Source of the DNA: an uncultured Verrucomicrobiae bacterium
GTDB taxonomy: Bacteria > Verrucomicrobiota > Verrucomicrobiia > Limisphaerales > Palsa-1400
DNA length: 64,000 bases
Assembly (NCBI GenBank): GCA_963764165.1
Contig: CAVXRD010000004.1
Location: 192,001-256,000 of the forward strand
Direction: 5' to 3'
Shown here: one piece after another, positions 9,852-18,862 of the stretch
Layout of the letters: each line of letters opens with the position of its first letter
Position numbering within the stretch: the first letter of the stretch is position 1
The notes under the pieces: model-generated
Databases searched by the model: none
What the model was told of the DNA's origin: nothing
The model's input: the letters and a program-made list of their open reading frames with translations, nothing else
Made by a program: the position numbers and the translations under genes

Positions 9852-9870
9852 ATAATCACATATTTGACAC
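9852..9870. repeat. 19-bp junction motif copy 3
   Basis: ATAATCACATATTTGACAC between the nucleotidyltransferase gene and the MTase gene. Confidence 0.8.
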
Positions 9871-9950
9871 GTCGAAATCTCAAGGCTGCTTCGGTCGGAT
9901 GATCAAAATGGGATTGCCCGGAAGTTCCGCTGTAACAACGCTGGCTGCCT

Positions 9951-10520
9951 TTACGTATTCTTCGGTTTGATTTCGCCACTTAATAGCCGTTCCACCTCGC
10001 GTGCCAGGCCCAGTTCGCCTGCCCAGCGGCGCAGGTAATTCCTGTCAAGGGCATTGTCTTGCACAGCCACTATCCCTACCGCGTCCCCGATTTGCCGTTC
10101 CGACGGAGAGATGCGATCCCAAACGAGCTTATGCAGGACAACATCTTCCGCTGAGGCAATCCAGGCTGGCTCTCCAAAGAGCGTGACTTCGACGCGTCTC
10201 CTCAGCATCTCCTGGTCGAACGGTTCGGGCTTGGGCAGCCAGAAGTCAACTTTAAGCGCGGACCGGGTATCAATGGCGTTAAACTGATGCGGTGGCCGGT
10301 AAGCGGAACGCACGGAGGCTTCCTCAATGTAGAAATCTCCCCTGAACTCCTCGATGATGCGCGGCACAGCGGACATCGGCATTTGCAGGACGAAGTCCAA
10401 ATCGTGCGTGGTGCGCGGAATGCCCCAGTAATTGCTGGCCATCGACCCGGTGAGATAGTAGGTCACGCCCGCGCGGTTCAACCGGCGCAAACAGTCCGCC
10501 AGCAAATCGCGTTCGTTCAT
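9951..10520 (-). CDS. Pol-beta superfamily nucleotidyltransferase (TA/Abi-associated type)
   Basis: GSMAS...PRTTHDLDFV (GS plus DxD), KVDF, AEDVVLHKL. Confidence 0.8.
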   Translation of the reverse strand: MNERDLLADCLRRLNRAGVTYYLTGSMASNYWGIPRTTHDLDFVLQMPMSAVPRIIEEFRGDFYIEEASVRSAYRPPHQFNAIDTRSALKVDFWLPKPEPFDQEMLRRRVEVTLFGEPAWIASAEDVVLHKLVWDRISPSERQIGDAVGIVAVQDNALDRNYLRRWAGELGLAREVERLLSGEIKPKNT

Positions 10521-10726
10521 GCCACACGGGCCAGTTCAAGGCGGCGGCGCAGGAGGCGCTCGACCTCGTCGGCGCCCGCTTCGGGATGTTGCCGCCGGAT
10601 GCCTTCACGCGCTACATCACAGGATAACTCATGCAGCTCCAGCGCAATCGACAGGCGCTGCTCGCCTGTCATTCCTCGGTAGCGCTCGATTTGCTTTTCC
10701 AATGCGGTAGCCGCGTCCATCACCAC
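10517..10726 (-). CDS. Small helical partner of the nucleotidyltransferase (putative antitoxin)
   Basis: 69 aa, YRGMTGEQRL.IA.EL...REGIRRQHP; ATGA overlap with the NTase gene. Confidence 0.7.
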   Translation of the reverse strand: MVMDAATALEKQIERYRGMTGEQRLSIALELHELSCDVAREGIRRQHPEAGADEVERLLRRRLELARVA

Positions 10727-10853
10727 TCATTAGGCCGATTCCCCGCATTTCACAACCTCAAATGTTTGCGCAGATGCGATGTGAATTTTGGAGCGCGAAC
10801 TCGACGGGGGCTTTTTCCGCGGCGGGGCGGGCGTCCTCTCCAGGACGAGAAAG

Positions 10854-10958
10854 GGAACTGTCCAAGCTCCCCTTTCCGCTTGCGAACTGCAGATTCTGCC
10901 ACGGCCGCGGTTAACATGGCGTGGGGGTTTCAAACTTGGCGTTGCTTCGCAACCGGGC
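10854..10958. repeat. 105-bp direct repeat copy 2 (orphan MTase 5' end)
   Basis: Minus strand encodes MLTAAVAESAVRKRKGELGQF and then diverges from the MTase. Confidence 0.85.
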
Positions 10959-11019
10959 GTTGGGCAGGCAAGCGCGGGGTGATCGGAATTGGGTTGGGTG
11001 CAGCCAGCGCGGCTGAAAA

Positions 11020-11090
11020 AATTTGGGCGGACACGCAGGTCCGCCCTACCAAATTGAGGTAGGGCGGACCTGCGTGTCCGGCCAATAATT
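11020..11090. repeat. GTAG-type REP doublet
   Basis: GGCGGACACGCAGGTCCGCCCTACC...GGTAGGGCGGACCTGCGTGTCCG. Confidence 0.75.
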
Positions 11091-11275
11091 CTCCGGCGCT
11101 TCACGCCCAGAAAAAGGGTCGATCCAATCACGGCGGATGGGGCGAAAGTCCGGCGTTAGAAAGCGCGAATTTCGGCGGTTCACAAATCCCACTTTTCTTT
11201 CGCGGCGGCGGGCGGCAAAATGCGGAGATGGTGTCCTTTAAAGCGTGTCAACCAATCCGATGAAGCAACAAGCCA

Positions 11276-12418
11276 GTGTCAAATAGCGACCTCCCATCCA
11301 GCGGCCGCCCTCGCGTTGGAGTTGATTTTCATACGTGGGACGGCATTTTTCAAGGGACGCGCAGCTACATTCTTGGATTATACCGCGAAGCCATCACTTT
11401 GGCGCCGGATATTGATTTTGTCTTCTTCCTTGATGATGTGGCGTCGCTCAGGGCGGCCCACCCGGAGTTCTCTGCCCCTAACGCCCGCCTTGTTCGCATG
11501 CCGCATCGCCCCGGCCCCTGGCGCCTGGGCGTTCAATTGCCGTGGCTTCAGTGGCGCCATCGCATTGATCTGCTGCATCTCCAATACCGGCTTCCATTTC
11601 TTCGGACGGGTGATTGTGCGGTGACGATTCATGACCTGCTGTTCGAGACGCATCCCCAATTCTTTCTTTCTTCCTACGTGTGGGACGCCAAAATCACGTT
11701 TCGACACGCGGCGCGGCGCGCGAAGTTGCTTTTCACCGTCAGCGAATTCTCCAAGCGCGACATTGCGGCACGTTATGGCGTGGCTGCCGAGCGAATCCAT
11801 GTCACTTGCAACGGTGTTGACGCGCAGCGGTTTCATCCGGCAGCCGATCCCGATCCGCGCCTGGCGGAACTTGGATTGCGCCACAAGAGCTACTTGCTCA
11901 TCGTCGGGAGGCTGGAACCGCGCAAGAATCATCGAACACTGATCCAGGCTTATGCGCAATTGCCCTCGGATGCCCCGCCGCTGATCATCGTGGGGCAGTG
12001 CGATTTCGGTTATGAGCCAATCTTTCAATGCATCCGCGACCACGGTTTGCAAGACCGCGTTCGGGTGCTCCAGAATGTTCGGGATCAGCTTCTGCCGGTC
12101 ATCGTGCGCCATGCGCGGATATTTGTTTTCCCGGCCTTTGCGGAAGGCTTCGGCATCCCCGTCGTCGAAGCAATGGCCAGCGGCGTTCCTGTGATCACAT
12201 CGGACACCGCCGCGCTTCCCGAAGTCGCCGGAGAAGCTGCGCTCTACGCGTCTCCAAGCGATTCGATGGAAATCGCGCGCCTGATGCGATGTGTCCTATC
12301 AGACGAGAATTTATGCAGCACGATGGCGGCGAAAGGCCTCGAGCATGCAGCCAAGTTCACGTGGCGCGCGTCGGCTCAGGTGCTGATCGATGCCTTTCGT
12401 GGAAAAATTCTTCATTGA
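11276..12418 (+). CDS. GT4 glycosyltransferase
   Basis: TIHDL, TVSEFSK, VGRLEPRKN, EGFGIPVVEAMASGVPV. Confidence 0.92.
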   Translation: MSNSDLPSSGRPRVGVDFHTWDGIFQGTRSYILGLYREAITLAPDIDFVFFLDDVASLRAAHPEFSAPNARLVRMPHRPGPWRLGVQLPWLQWRHRIDLLHLQYRLPFLRTGDCAVTIHDLLFETHPQFFLSSYVWDAKITFRHAARRAKLLFTVSEFSKRDIAARYGVAAERIHVTCNGVDAQRFHPAADPDPRLAELGLRHKSYLLIVGRLEPRKNHRTLIQAYAQLPSDAPPLIIVGQCDFGYEPIFQCIRDHGLQDRVRVLQNVRDQLLPVIVRHARIFVFPAFAEGFGIPVVEAMASGVPVITSDTAALPEVAGEAALYASPSDSMEIARLMRCVLSDENLCSTMAAKGLEHAAKFTWRASAQVLIDAFRGKILH

Positions 12419-12450
12419 CCTCCAAAATCCGCCGATGTATGTGTGTGACG

Positions 12451-12522
12451 ATGATCGTTAATCTGAGCCTTCGACTGCTGCTGGAAGCGCTGCTAACAAG
12501 CCGCGCGGCGGTCGAGGTTTAG
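12451..12522 (+). promoter_or_regulatory. leu leader peptide (attenuator)
   Basis: MIVNLSLRLLLEALLTSRAAVEV*, 7 Leu in 23 codons, directly upstream of leuA. Confidence 0.75.
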
Positions 12523-12543
12523 TTTTCGCTCACCCGAATTTTC

Positions 12544-12576
12544 AAACCCCATCGCTGGAAACGGCGGTGGGGTTTT
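12544..12576 (+). terminator. Attenuator terminator hairpin
   Basis: AAACCCCATCGCTG-GAAA-CGGCGGTGGGGTTTT between the leader and leuA. Confidence 0.75.
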
Positions 12577-12595
12577 GGCGTCTATGGAATGAATT

Positions 12596-14164
12596 ATGAA
12601 AAAGAATCGCATTATTATATTTGACACGACGTTGCGCGACGGCGAGCAATGCCCCGGCGCTTCCATGAACCTTCGCGAAAAACTGGAGATTGCCCGCCAA
12701 CTGGCCCGCCTCAATGTCGATGTCATCGAAGCCGGATTCCCGGTCATCAGCGACGGCGATTTCGCGTCCGTCCGCTCCATCGCCAGGGAAATCAAGGGGC
12801 CGATGATTTGCGGTTTGGCGCGCTGCGTGGATCGCGACATTGATGCGGCGGGCGAAGCGATCAAGCCGGCGGGAGCGCGCGGGCGCATTCACGTTTTCCT
12901 CGCCACCTCGAAAATCCATCGCGAATTCAAGTTGAACAAGGCGCAGGACGAGATCCTTCGCCTTGCGGTGGATGGCGTCAAACGCGCGAAGTCATTTGTG
13001 TCCGATGTCGAATTCTCGCCCGAGGACGGCTCGCGCACGGAACCGGAATTCCTGGTGCAGGTTTGCAAGGCCGTCGTCGCCGCGGGCGCGACGACGGTCA
13101 ACATTCCCGACACCGTCGGATGGGCAGTGCCAGAGCAATATGGCGAGTTGATCCAGCGCCTTCACGATTCCGTGCCCGAATTCCAATCCGGCAAGGCCGT
13201 CATCAGCGTCCATTGCCACGATGACTTGGGATTGGCGGTGGCGAATTCCCTCGCCGCCATACGCCACGGCGCGCGGCAGATCGAGTGCACCGTCAATGGC
13301 ATTGGCGAACGCGCTGGAAATGCGGCGCTCGAGGAAATTGTCTCCGCCATAAAGACGCGCGGCGATTACTACGGGGGCGTTCAATGCGGCGTGCAATCCA
13401 AGGAGATTCTCAAGTCGTCCCGCCTCGTTTCGCGCATGAGCGGACTTGTCGTGCAACGCAGCAAAGCCATCGTCGGGGAAAATGCCTTCGCGCACTCCAG
13501 CGGAATACATCAGGACGGGATTTTGAAGAAGCGCGAAACTTACGAAATCATCGACCCGCAATCGGTCGGCTGGGGCGGGACGGAATTGCCGCTGACCAAG
13601 CACAGCGGGCGGGCCGCGGTCGCCGCGAGGTTAAAGCATCTTGGCTTCAAGATGAACGAAGGCGACATCGCCGCCATCTTCGCCCGCTTCAAGGAAATTG
13701 GTGACAAGAAGAAATTCGTTTACGACGATGATTTGTCCGCGCTCGTGGAAGGCCAGATAACGGAAGTCCAGGAAACGTGGTCGCTGGATTACTTGGCGGT
13801 TTCGACTGGAAGCCAATCCGTTCCCACCGCGACAGTCCGCCTGCAAAAATTGGGCGGCAAGAAGAAGGCTGCCGTTCAGGACGCCAGCATCGGCGACGGG
13901 CCGGTGGATGCCGCGTTGAAGGCAATCGACCGGCTGACCAGCACGCATGGCATTTTGATGGATTATTCGCTGCGGGCAGTCTCGCAAGGCAAAGACGCGC
14001 TGGGCGAAGTCACAGTCAAAGTCGATTTCGGCGGCGGCAAAATGGTGACTGGAAAAGGCGCCAGCACGGATGTCATCGAAGCAAGCGCGCGGGCCTACTT
14101 GAACGCGGTGAACCGCTATCTTGGCCAGTCAAATGGACACGAGACCAAGGAAGAAACTCCATAG
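12596..14164 (+). CDS. leuA: 2-isopropylmalate synthase
   Basis: FDTTLRDGEQ, HCHDDLG, GIGERAGN, AHSSGIHQDG, and a C-terminal regulatory domain (GDGPVDA). Confidence 0.96.
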   Translation: MKKNRIIIFDTTLRDGEQCPGASMNLREKLEIARQLARLNVDVIEAGFPVISDGDFASVRSIAREIKGPMICGLARCVDRDIDAAGEAIKPAGARGRIHVFLATSKIHREFKLNKAQDEILRLAVDGVKRAKSFVSDVEFSPEDGSRTEPEFLVQVCKAVVAAGATTVNIPDTVGWAVPEQYGELIQRLHDSVPEFQSGKAVISVHCHDDLGLAVANSLAAIRHGARQIECTVNGIGERAGNAALEEIVSAIKTRGDYYGGVQCGVQSKEILKSSRLVSRMSGLVVQRSKAIVGENAFAHSSGIHQDGILKKRETYEIIDPQSVGWGGTELPLTKHSGRAAVAARLKHLGFKMNEGDIAAIFARFKEIGDKKKFVYDDDLSALVEGQITEVQETWSLDYLAVSTGSQSVPTATVRLQKLGGKKKAAVQDASIGDGPVDAALKAIDRLTSTHGILMDYSLRAVSQGKDALGEVTVKVDFGGGKMVTGKGASTDVIEASARAYLNAVNRYLGQSNGHETKEETP

Positions 14165-14177
14165 CAAGTTGCGTCAA

Positions 14178-15071
14178 CTATTCGGATTTCAGCAATCCGC
14201 GCCCTTCCAGCCATCCGGAAAACAATTCGATCCAATGGTCGGTTGGCAAATGCTGCACGCGCATGCCGAACCCGTGGCCGCCTCGCTCGTAGAGATGCAG
14301 TTCGGCGGGTTTGCCGGCCGCAATCCAGCTCTGGTAAAGTTGGACGCTTTCCGGGGCCAGACCAAGTGAATCATCGGAGGCGGCGCAAATAAAGGCAGGC
14401 GGCGCATCTTTTGGAACGCCCGAGCCCTTGATCGCCCAACGGTAAGCGGGATAAATCGGGGCAACGAAATCGGGCCGATTTTCCGGCGTGTAATTCATCG
14501 CCATGGAAACGGCCAGAGTGCCACCCGCGGAGAACCCGATGACTCCAATGCGTTTAGGATTTACACCGAATTCCGAAGCGTGTTTGCGAATGTGGGCGAT
14601 GGCCGCGTTGCCGTCCGCCAGAGCCAATTTCACAATCGGCGCCACCACTTCATCGAGCGGCCCGTGTGACATGACTTCGCGCGTCGGATCATCCCCATTG
14701 CATTGGACGAGGCGATATTTCAGCACAAAACACGTCACGCCCTTTTTCACCAGCCACTTCGCGACATCGTTGCCCTCGCTGTCAATGGACAGCGCGAAGA
14801 ACGCGCCGCCCGGGCAAATCACGACAGCCGTGCCGTTCGCCTTGCCCGCTTCCGGCTGGAAGAGCGTCATCGTCGGACTGGCGACGTTGTATACGACTGG
14901 CGTCTGCCAAAGATTGCTTCGATTTTCCGCCTCGGAATGCTTCCAATCCTCGGAGCCAGGCGCGGGGCCATCGTAGAGTCGGATGACCTTTTGCTGCGCG
15001 TGGGCCTGGACGCAGCACATCGTGAGAAGCACAGCAAGCGTTGGCAGAAAGTGTGTCATATCCGCCATCAT
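14178..15071 (-). CDS. Exported alpha/beta hydrolase (carbohydrate-esterase-like)
   Basis: Signal peptide, CPGGA, GFSAGG nucleophile elbow, GGHGFG; exact start uncertain. Confidence 0.85.
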   Translation of the reverse strand: MMADMTHFLPTLAVLLTMCCVQAHAQQKVIRLYDGPAPGSEDWKHSEAENRSNLWQTPVVYNVASPTMTLFQPEAGKANGTAVVICPGGAFFALSIDSEGNDVAKWLVKKGVTCFVLKYRLVQCNGDDPTREVMSHGPLDEVVAPIVKLALADGNAAIAHIRKHASEFGVNPKRIGVIGFSAGGTLAVSMAMNYTPENRPDFVAPIYPAYRWAIKGSGVPKDAPPAFICAASDDSLGLAPESVQLYQSWIAAGKPAELHLYERGGHGFGMRVQHLPTDHWIELFSGWLEGRGLLKSE

Positions 15072-15357
15072 TGGCCCGGCGGCGCAGACGGTCAAAACAA
15101 AATGGTGGGGAAGCTTCGGCGGCGAGGCGTCCCTACCCAAAAGCCCTTGCAATTTCCACGCGCCGCCTTAAACTCCGCGCTAAATGAAGTTCTTCGCATC
15201 AATCTTGGTTTACCTGGCTTTCATGGCGATGATGGGTTTTGGGATTCTCGCCGCCGTGACGAAGGATTCGTATTGGCTTTTGGCCGGCAGTTTTCTTCTT
15301 TACGTGGGAATCATGACCAAGGTCTCGATTCTCAGGCTCCACTGATTTCCCGGCCCG

Positions 15358-15945
15358 TCAAACGCCCTCCAGATTCGTTCCACTGATTCCCGGCGCAACT
15401 GGCCGCGCAGGCGGCTGCGGAGGAGTCGTGCGCGTGCCCCCGGGCCGAATCGTTCCAGCGGCGTTTGAACTTCCCAGGCTTCTTCTGCTGCCGTAGCTGT
15501 AGCTGTAGCGGTTTGGGTAAGAAGTTGCTCGCCCGGTGTAGGAACGCGGATGACTCGGCGGTGCGTCCAGGATCGCGAACAAAGGCGGCGCCGCGCCGGC
15601 CGAAGCAAGGCGGCTGCCGATCGCCATTGTGTTTGACAGCGATTCATCAGACCTGGCGCTCATGGCGATGGGATTGGTCGCGGAAAGCGCCTCGGGCGCG
15701 GGGGGCAGATTGGATTCGTCCAGAAGAGTCAAAATCTTCGCCGGATGTGAAAACGACCAGATAAATTGCGCACACGATGCCATCGTGCGCAAATCAGCCA
15801 GCCACTGTTTCCTGGCAAAATAGTAGTGGCGATATTTGGCGGCTGAGATGGCAGGAGCCCGGTAGAGATATTCGGCCGACGGGATGGCGATGATCGCGGC
15901 AACCAAGAAGACAATCACGAACGCTGCTATAAAACATTTTTTCAT
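15358..15945 (-). CDS. Hypothetical protein with N-terminal signal/TM and low-complexity tail
   Basis: MKKCFIAAFVIVFLVAAIIA; Pro/Ser/Tyr/Arg-rich C-terminus. Confidence 0.55.
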   Translation of the reverse strand: MKKCFIAAFVIVFLVAAIIAIPSAEYLYRAPAISAAKYRHYYFARKQWLADLRTMASCAQFIWSFSHPAKILTLLDESNLPPAPEALSATNPIAMSARSDESLSNTMAIGSRLASAGAAPPLFAILDAPPSHPRSYTGRATSYPNRYSYSYGSRRSLGSSNAAGTIRPGGTRTTPPQPPARPVAPGISGTNLEGV

Positions 15946-16020
15946 CGACTTGCCTTTCCTGAATTTAAGTAAGTTATGACGTTCCCCACAACTACATGAC
16001 CCGCCAGCCGCCGAATTGTT

Positions 16021-17217
16021 TCAAGGTTTCGATTCGCTCGATCCTTTTCCTTCTGAGGAAGACGAGCCGTGGTCGTGCGCAGGGCGAATCGTATCCATCA
16101 TCGGCTCGACCACCTGCCAGACTTCCTTGGGAACTGACTTGCGTTCTTCGGGCGTGTCAATATTGCCTTCGAAGAGGAGCTTCCCGTGTTTGTCGCGCGC
16201 GGTCAGATGTGTCTTCTCGCCTGATTCGATGACGTATGAGCCGGTCTCATCGGTTTCGACAACGGTTCGATTTGACTTGTTGCGAACGATGACCGTGGCG
16301 TCGGAATCAATGTCCACTCCGCTCTTGGCAAGCGCGGAAAGATCGTGGCTGAGAGCGCTGAGCGCGTGCTTGTCCACGTTGGATTTTCGCATCGCGTCTT
16401 CTATGGCGCGGCGCGTTTGCTCCATCGTGCGCTTGACTTCTGAATTCATCTTGGCCCGATCGACAGAGAGCGACGTGTTCAAACCGCTCAGTTTGCCGCT
16501 CAGCCCGCGCAATTCTCCATTGAGGCCCTGGAGTTTGATCTCCATGTCCTGCAATCCGGACGGCAGCGAGACATCTTCCAGGTCGGCGGATTCTTCCAGA
16601 GTCGTCTTTCCCAGTTTGACCTCGATTGTCTGTTTCTTGCCGCCGCGATAAAACCCGATTTTCACCGAATCCCCTTCGGCGTGCATTTGCACCAGCTTGC
16701 GCAGTTGCATCGGATGAACCAGCATTTGGCCATCCAGATCGACGAGCACGTCGTTCTTGTGAAACTCCGCTTTCTGCGCCGGGCTGTCGTGCGCCACCAT
16801 GCTGACCTTTAAGCCTTCACCTGACTTCAAGCCAAGTTGCGAGGACAGAGCCTCGTCAGTCTCTTCAACTCCCAAGCCAAGCCACGCGACCACCTTGCGT
16901 TTGCCACTTTTCGGATCAGGCTCGACGGCATTGATGACGATGTGGGAATCACCCGAATCATCGGTGGTTATCGCCACTGAATCGACCGACGATGAGCCGG
17001 ACGCGGAGCCAAATCCGACCGCGCTCCCTGAAACTGCGGATGCGGACGGAGCCGCGGGCGTGGCGGGCGTGGCAGGGACGGATGGCGTCGCCGGCACGGG
17101 AGGCGCCGGAGGGACAGTTTGGTCATCGAACCGAGCGAAAGCCGAGCTGGCGCACAGCGCCGCCGACACGATTAAGGCTGCCGCCATTCGCATATATTTG
17201 ACAGAATGAGTTCGCAT
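16021..17217 (-). CDS. Exported PDZ-domain protein
   Basis: Signal peptide, Pro/Ala/Ser linker, WLGLGV...DSPAQKA...DVLVDLDG (PDZ), followed by a coiled coil. Confidence 0.85.
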   Translation of the reverse strand: MRTHSVKYMRMAAALIVSAALCASSAFARFDDQTVPPAPPVPATPSVPATPATPAAPSASAVSGSAVGFGSASGSSSVDSVAITTDDSGDSHIVINAVEPDPKSGKRKVVAWLGLGVEETDEALSSQLGLKSGEGLKVSMVAHDSPAQKAEFHKNDVLVDLDGQMLVHPMQLRKLVQMHAEGDSVKIGFYRGGKKQTIEVKLGKTTLEESADLEDVSLPSGLQDMEIKLQGLNGELRGLSGKLSGLNTSLSVDRAKMNSEVKRTMEQTRRAIEDAMRKSNVDKHALSALSHDLSALAKSGVDIDSDATVIVRNKSNRTVVETDETGSYVIESGEKTHLTARDKHGKLLFEGNIDTPEERKSVPKEVWQVVEPMMDTIRPAHDHGSSSSEGKGSSESKP

Positions 17218-17251
17218 ATGGATTTATTTCAATTCTTGAACTTTTGATTTT

Positions 17252-17719
17252 TTAATAGGTCTCGAATCGCACCGGCGTGACCACAACGCGCGGGTTGCTT
17301 TGCTCAATTTCCAATCCGCTCCGCTTATCGGTGACGATCATCTGGTCGTTCCAGCGATGGCAGCGGAACCGCACCGGCTGGCCGTCGGGAAGCGTTGCCA
17401 CGACATCGAACGACGTCACCAATTCGTGGTCCACCTTCACATCGTCGGCCACCCGCAGGCCGCGGCCCAATTTAGGAGGCTGAGCGACCCGAGGTGTGAC
17501 GAACAGCAACACTGAGAGTGCCGCCGCCAGCGCCGGAGTCGCCCAGCCTAAAATCTTCCACCACGCAATGCCGCCCCAACCGGGTTTGCGGGACGCCGTT
17601 TTCACGGGAATGGGCAACGGCTTTGCCGCGCTCAGCCGGGCCATGAACTCGGCCGGAACTGGAGCGGGCGTCATGCGCCGCAATTCCGCTTCGTAACGAT
17701 CCTGCTCGTGGTCGTTCAT
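17252..17719 (-). CDS. Putative single-TM anti-sigma factor
   Basis: Overlaps the ECF gene; EAELRRMTP N-terminus and one TM helix. Confidence 0.7.
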   Translation of the reverse strand: MNDHEQDRYEAELRRMTPAPVPAEFMARLSAAKPLPIPVKTASRKPGWGGIAWWKILGWATPALAAALSVLLFVTPRVAQPPKLGRGLRVADDVKVDHELVTSFDVVATLPDGQPVRFRCHRWNDQMIVTDKRSGLEIEQSNPRVVVTPVRFETY

Positions 17720-18234
17720 GCGAAGACTCCCTGGGTTAACTTGCGCAGTTCCACCAATCCGTAGCGGTAGCGCGAAGCCGCCGTGCTTGCGGGAATTTCA
17801 AGCGCTTCCGCTATTTCCGCGAAGGTCAATTCGCCCCAAACCTTGAGGGTCACGACGTCGCGATACATGGGTTGCAAATCGTTCACAGCTTTTTGAAGGA
17901 CCAAATTTCGTTCGCGGTCGACCACGCTTGAGTCGAACCAAAATTGAGGCGCATCCATGCGCGACTCCGCTTCCCGCCCTGCCCTTCGGCCCGCGCTCCG
18001 GGCCAGGTCGATGGCGCGGCGGCGGACGGTCGCATAGACAAGCCCGATTGCGGGCGGCGCGCCGTCGTTTTGGCGCTGCCATGATTCGACGACTGCTTCC
18101 TGCACCAGGTCTTGCGCGTCTGCCTCGCAATGAGCCTGCTGCCGCGCGAAGAGCAACAGAGGGGGCGCATGCCGCGCCAGCCATTGCTCCCAGTTTGTGT
18201 CTCCGGGCATTTCATTTTCCGAACCGCTATTCAC
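17716..18234 (-). CDS. ECF sigma-70 factor
   Basis: DAQDLVQEA, RRRAIDLAR, LTFAEIAEALEI..STAASRYRY. Confidence 0.92.
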   Translation of the reverse strand: MNSGSENEMPGDTNWEQWLARHAPPLLLFARQQAHCEADAQDLVQEAVVESWQRQNDGAPPAIGLVYATVRRRAIDLARSAGRRAGREAESRMDAPQFWFDSSVVDRERNLVLQKAVNDLQPMYRDVVTLKVWGELTFAEIAEALEIPASTAASRYRYGLVELRKLTQGVFA

Positions 18235-18343
18235 GCGATTTCATACTACAAGCGGCACCGGCCGGATGTTTTGTCTAAATGAAACGAATTATTTTCCGGG
18301 CTGACCGTTTGACTCCGGGCGCCAGGGATAGGTCAAGTCGAAT

Positions 18344-18847
18344 TTAATAATCGTATAAACCGCTGTCGCGAGTATAGCCGCCCGGCCCTCCGCCGCCGGG
18401 CGCCCCACCCTCGCCGCCCATCAAATCGCCCAAAACATCGCCCATGTCGGCCTCGATTTTTTCAGGATCTTCGCCCGCTTCGAGCCGCTTGATGGCGATG
18501 TCCAATTCCTTCGGCACGGAACCGGCGGGCATCATGTCTTTCATTTTCTTCATCATGTGGGCCATGTGGCGCGGATTGTTTTCGTCCAGATGATCGATGT
18601 CGCGCTCGATTTCCGCCATGGCCCGCGCCACGCGCGGGTCATCCAAATCCGGCATCGCCCCTTCGTCCGAAGCATCGGCGGCGGGCGTTTCGGACAAGCC
18701 GCGCGGCATGGCAAAGGAACTCATTTGCTTGACCATTTTGCGCTGGCCGCATTTGGGGCACTGCGGCGGCTTCTCGGGCTGCAAGCGCTTGGAGAGAAAA
18801 TTAAAAATGCGCCTGCAATGGGGGCAGGCAAATTCGTATATAGGCAC
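18344..18847 (-). CDS. FmdB-family zinc-ribbon protein
   Basis: MPIYEFACPHC...CPKCG. Confidence 0.85.
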   Translation of the reverse strand: MPIYEFACPHCRRIFNFLSKRLQPEKPPQCPKCGQRKMVKQMSSFAMPRGLSETPAADASDEGAMPDLDDPRVARAMAEIERDIDHLDENNPRHMAHMMKKMKDMMPAGSVPKELDIAIKRLEAGEDPEKIEADMGDVLGDLMGGEGGAPGGGGPGGYTRDSGLYDY

Positions 18848-18862
18848 AGTCGGCTCCTTTTC

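Noticed and set aside
12617..12627. ATATTTGACAC, partial match to the junction motif
   Set aside because: Explained by the conserved leuA codons I-F-D-T.
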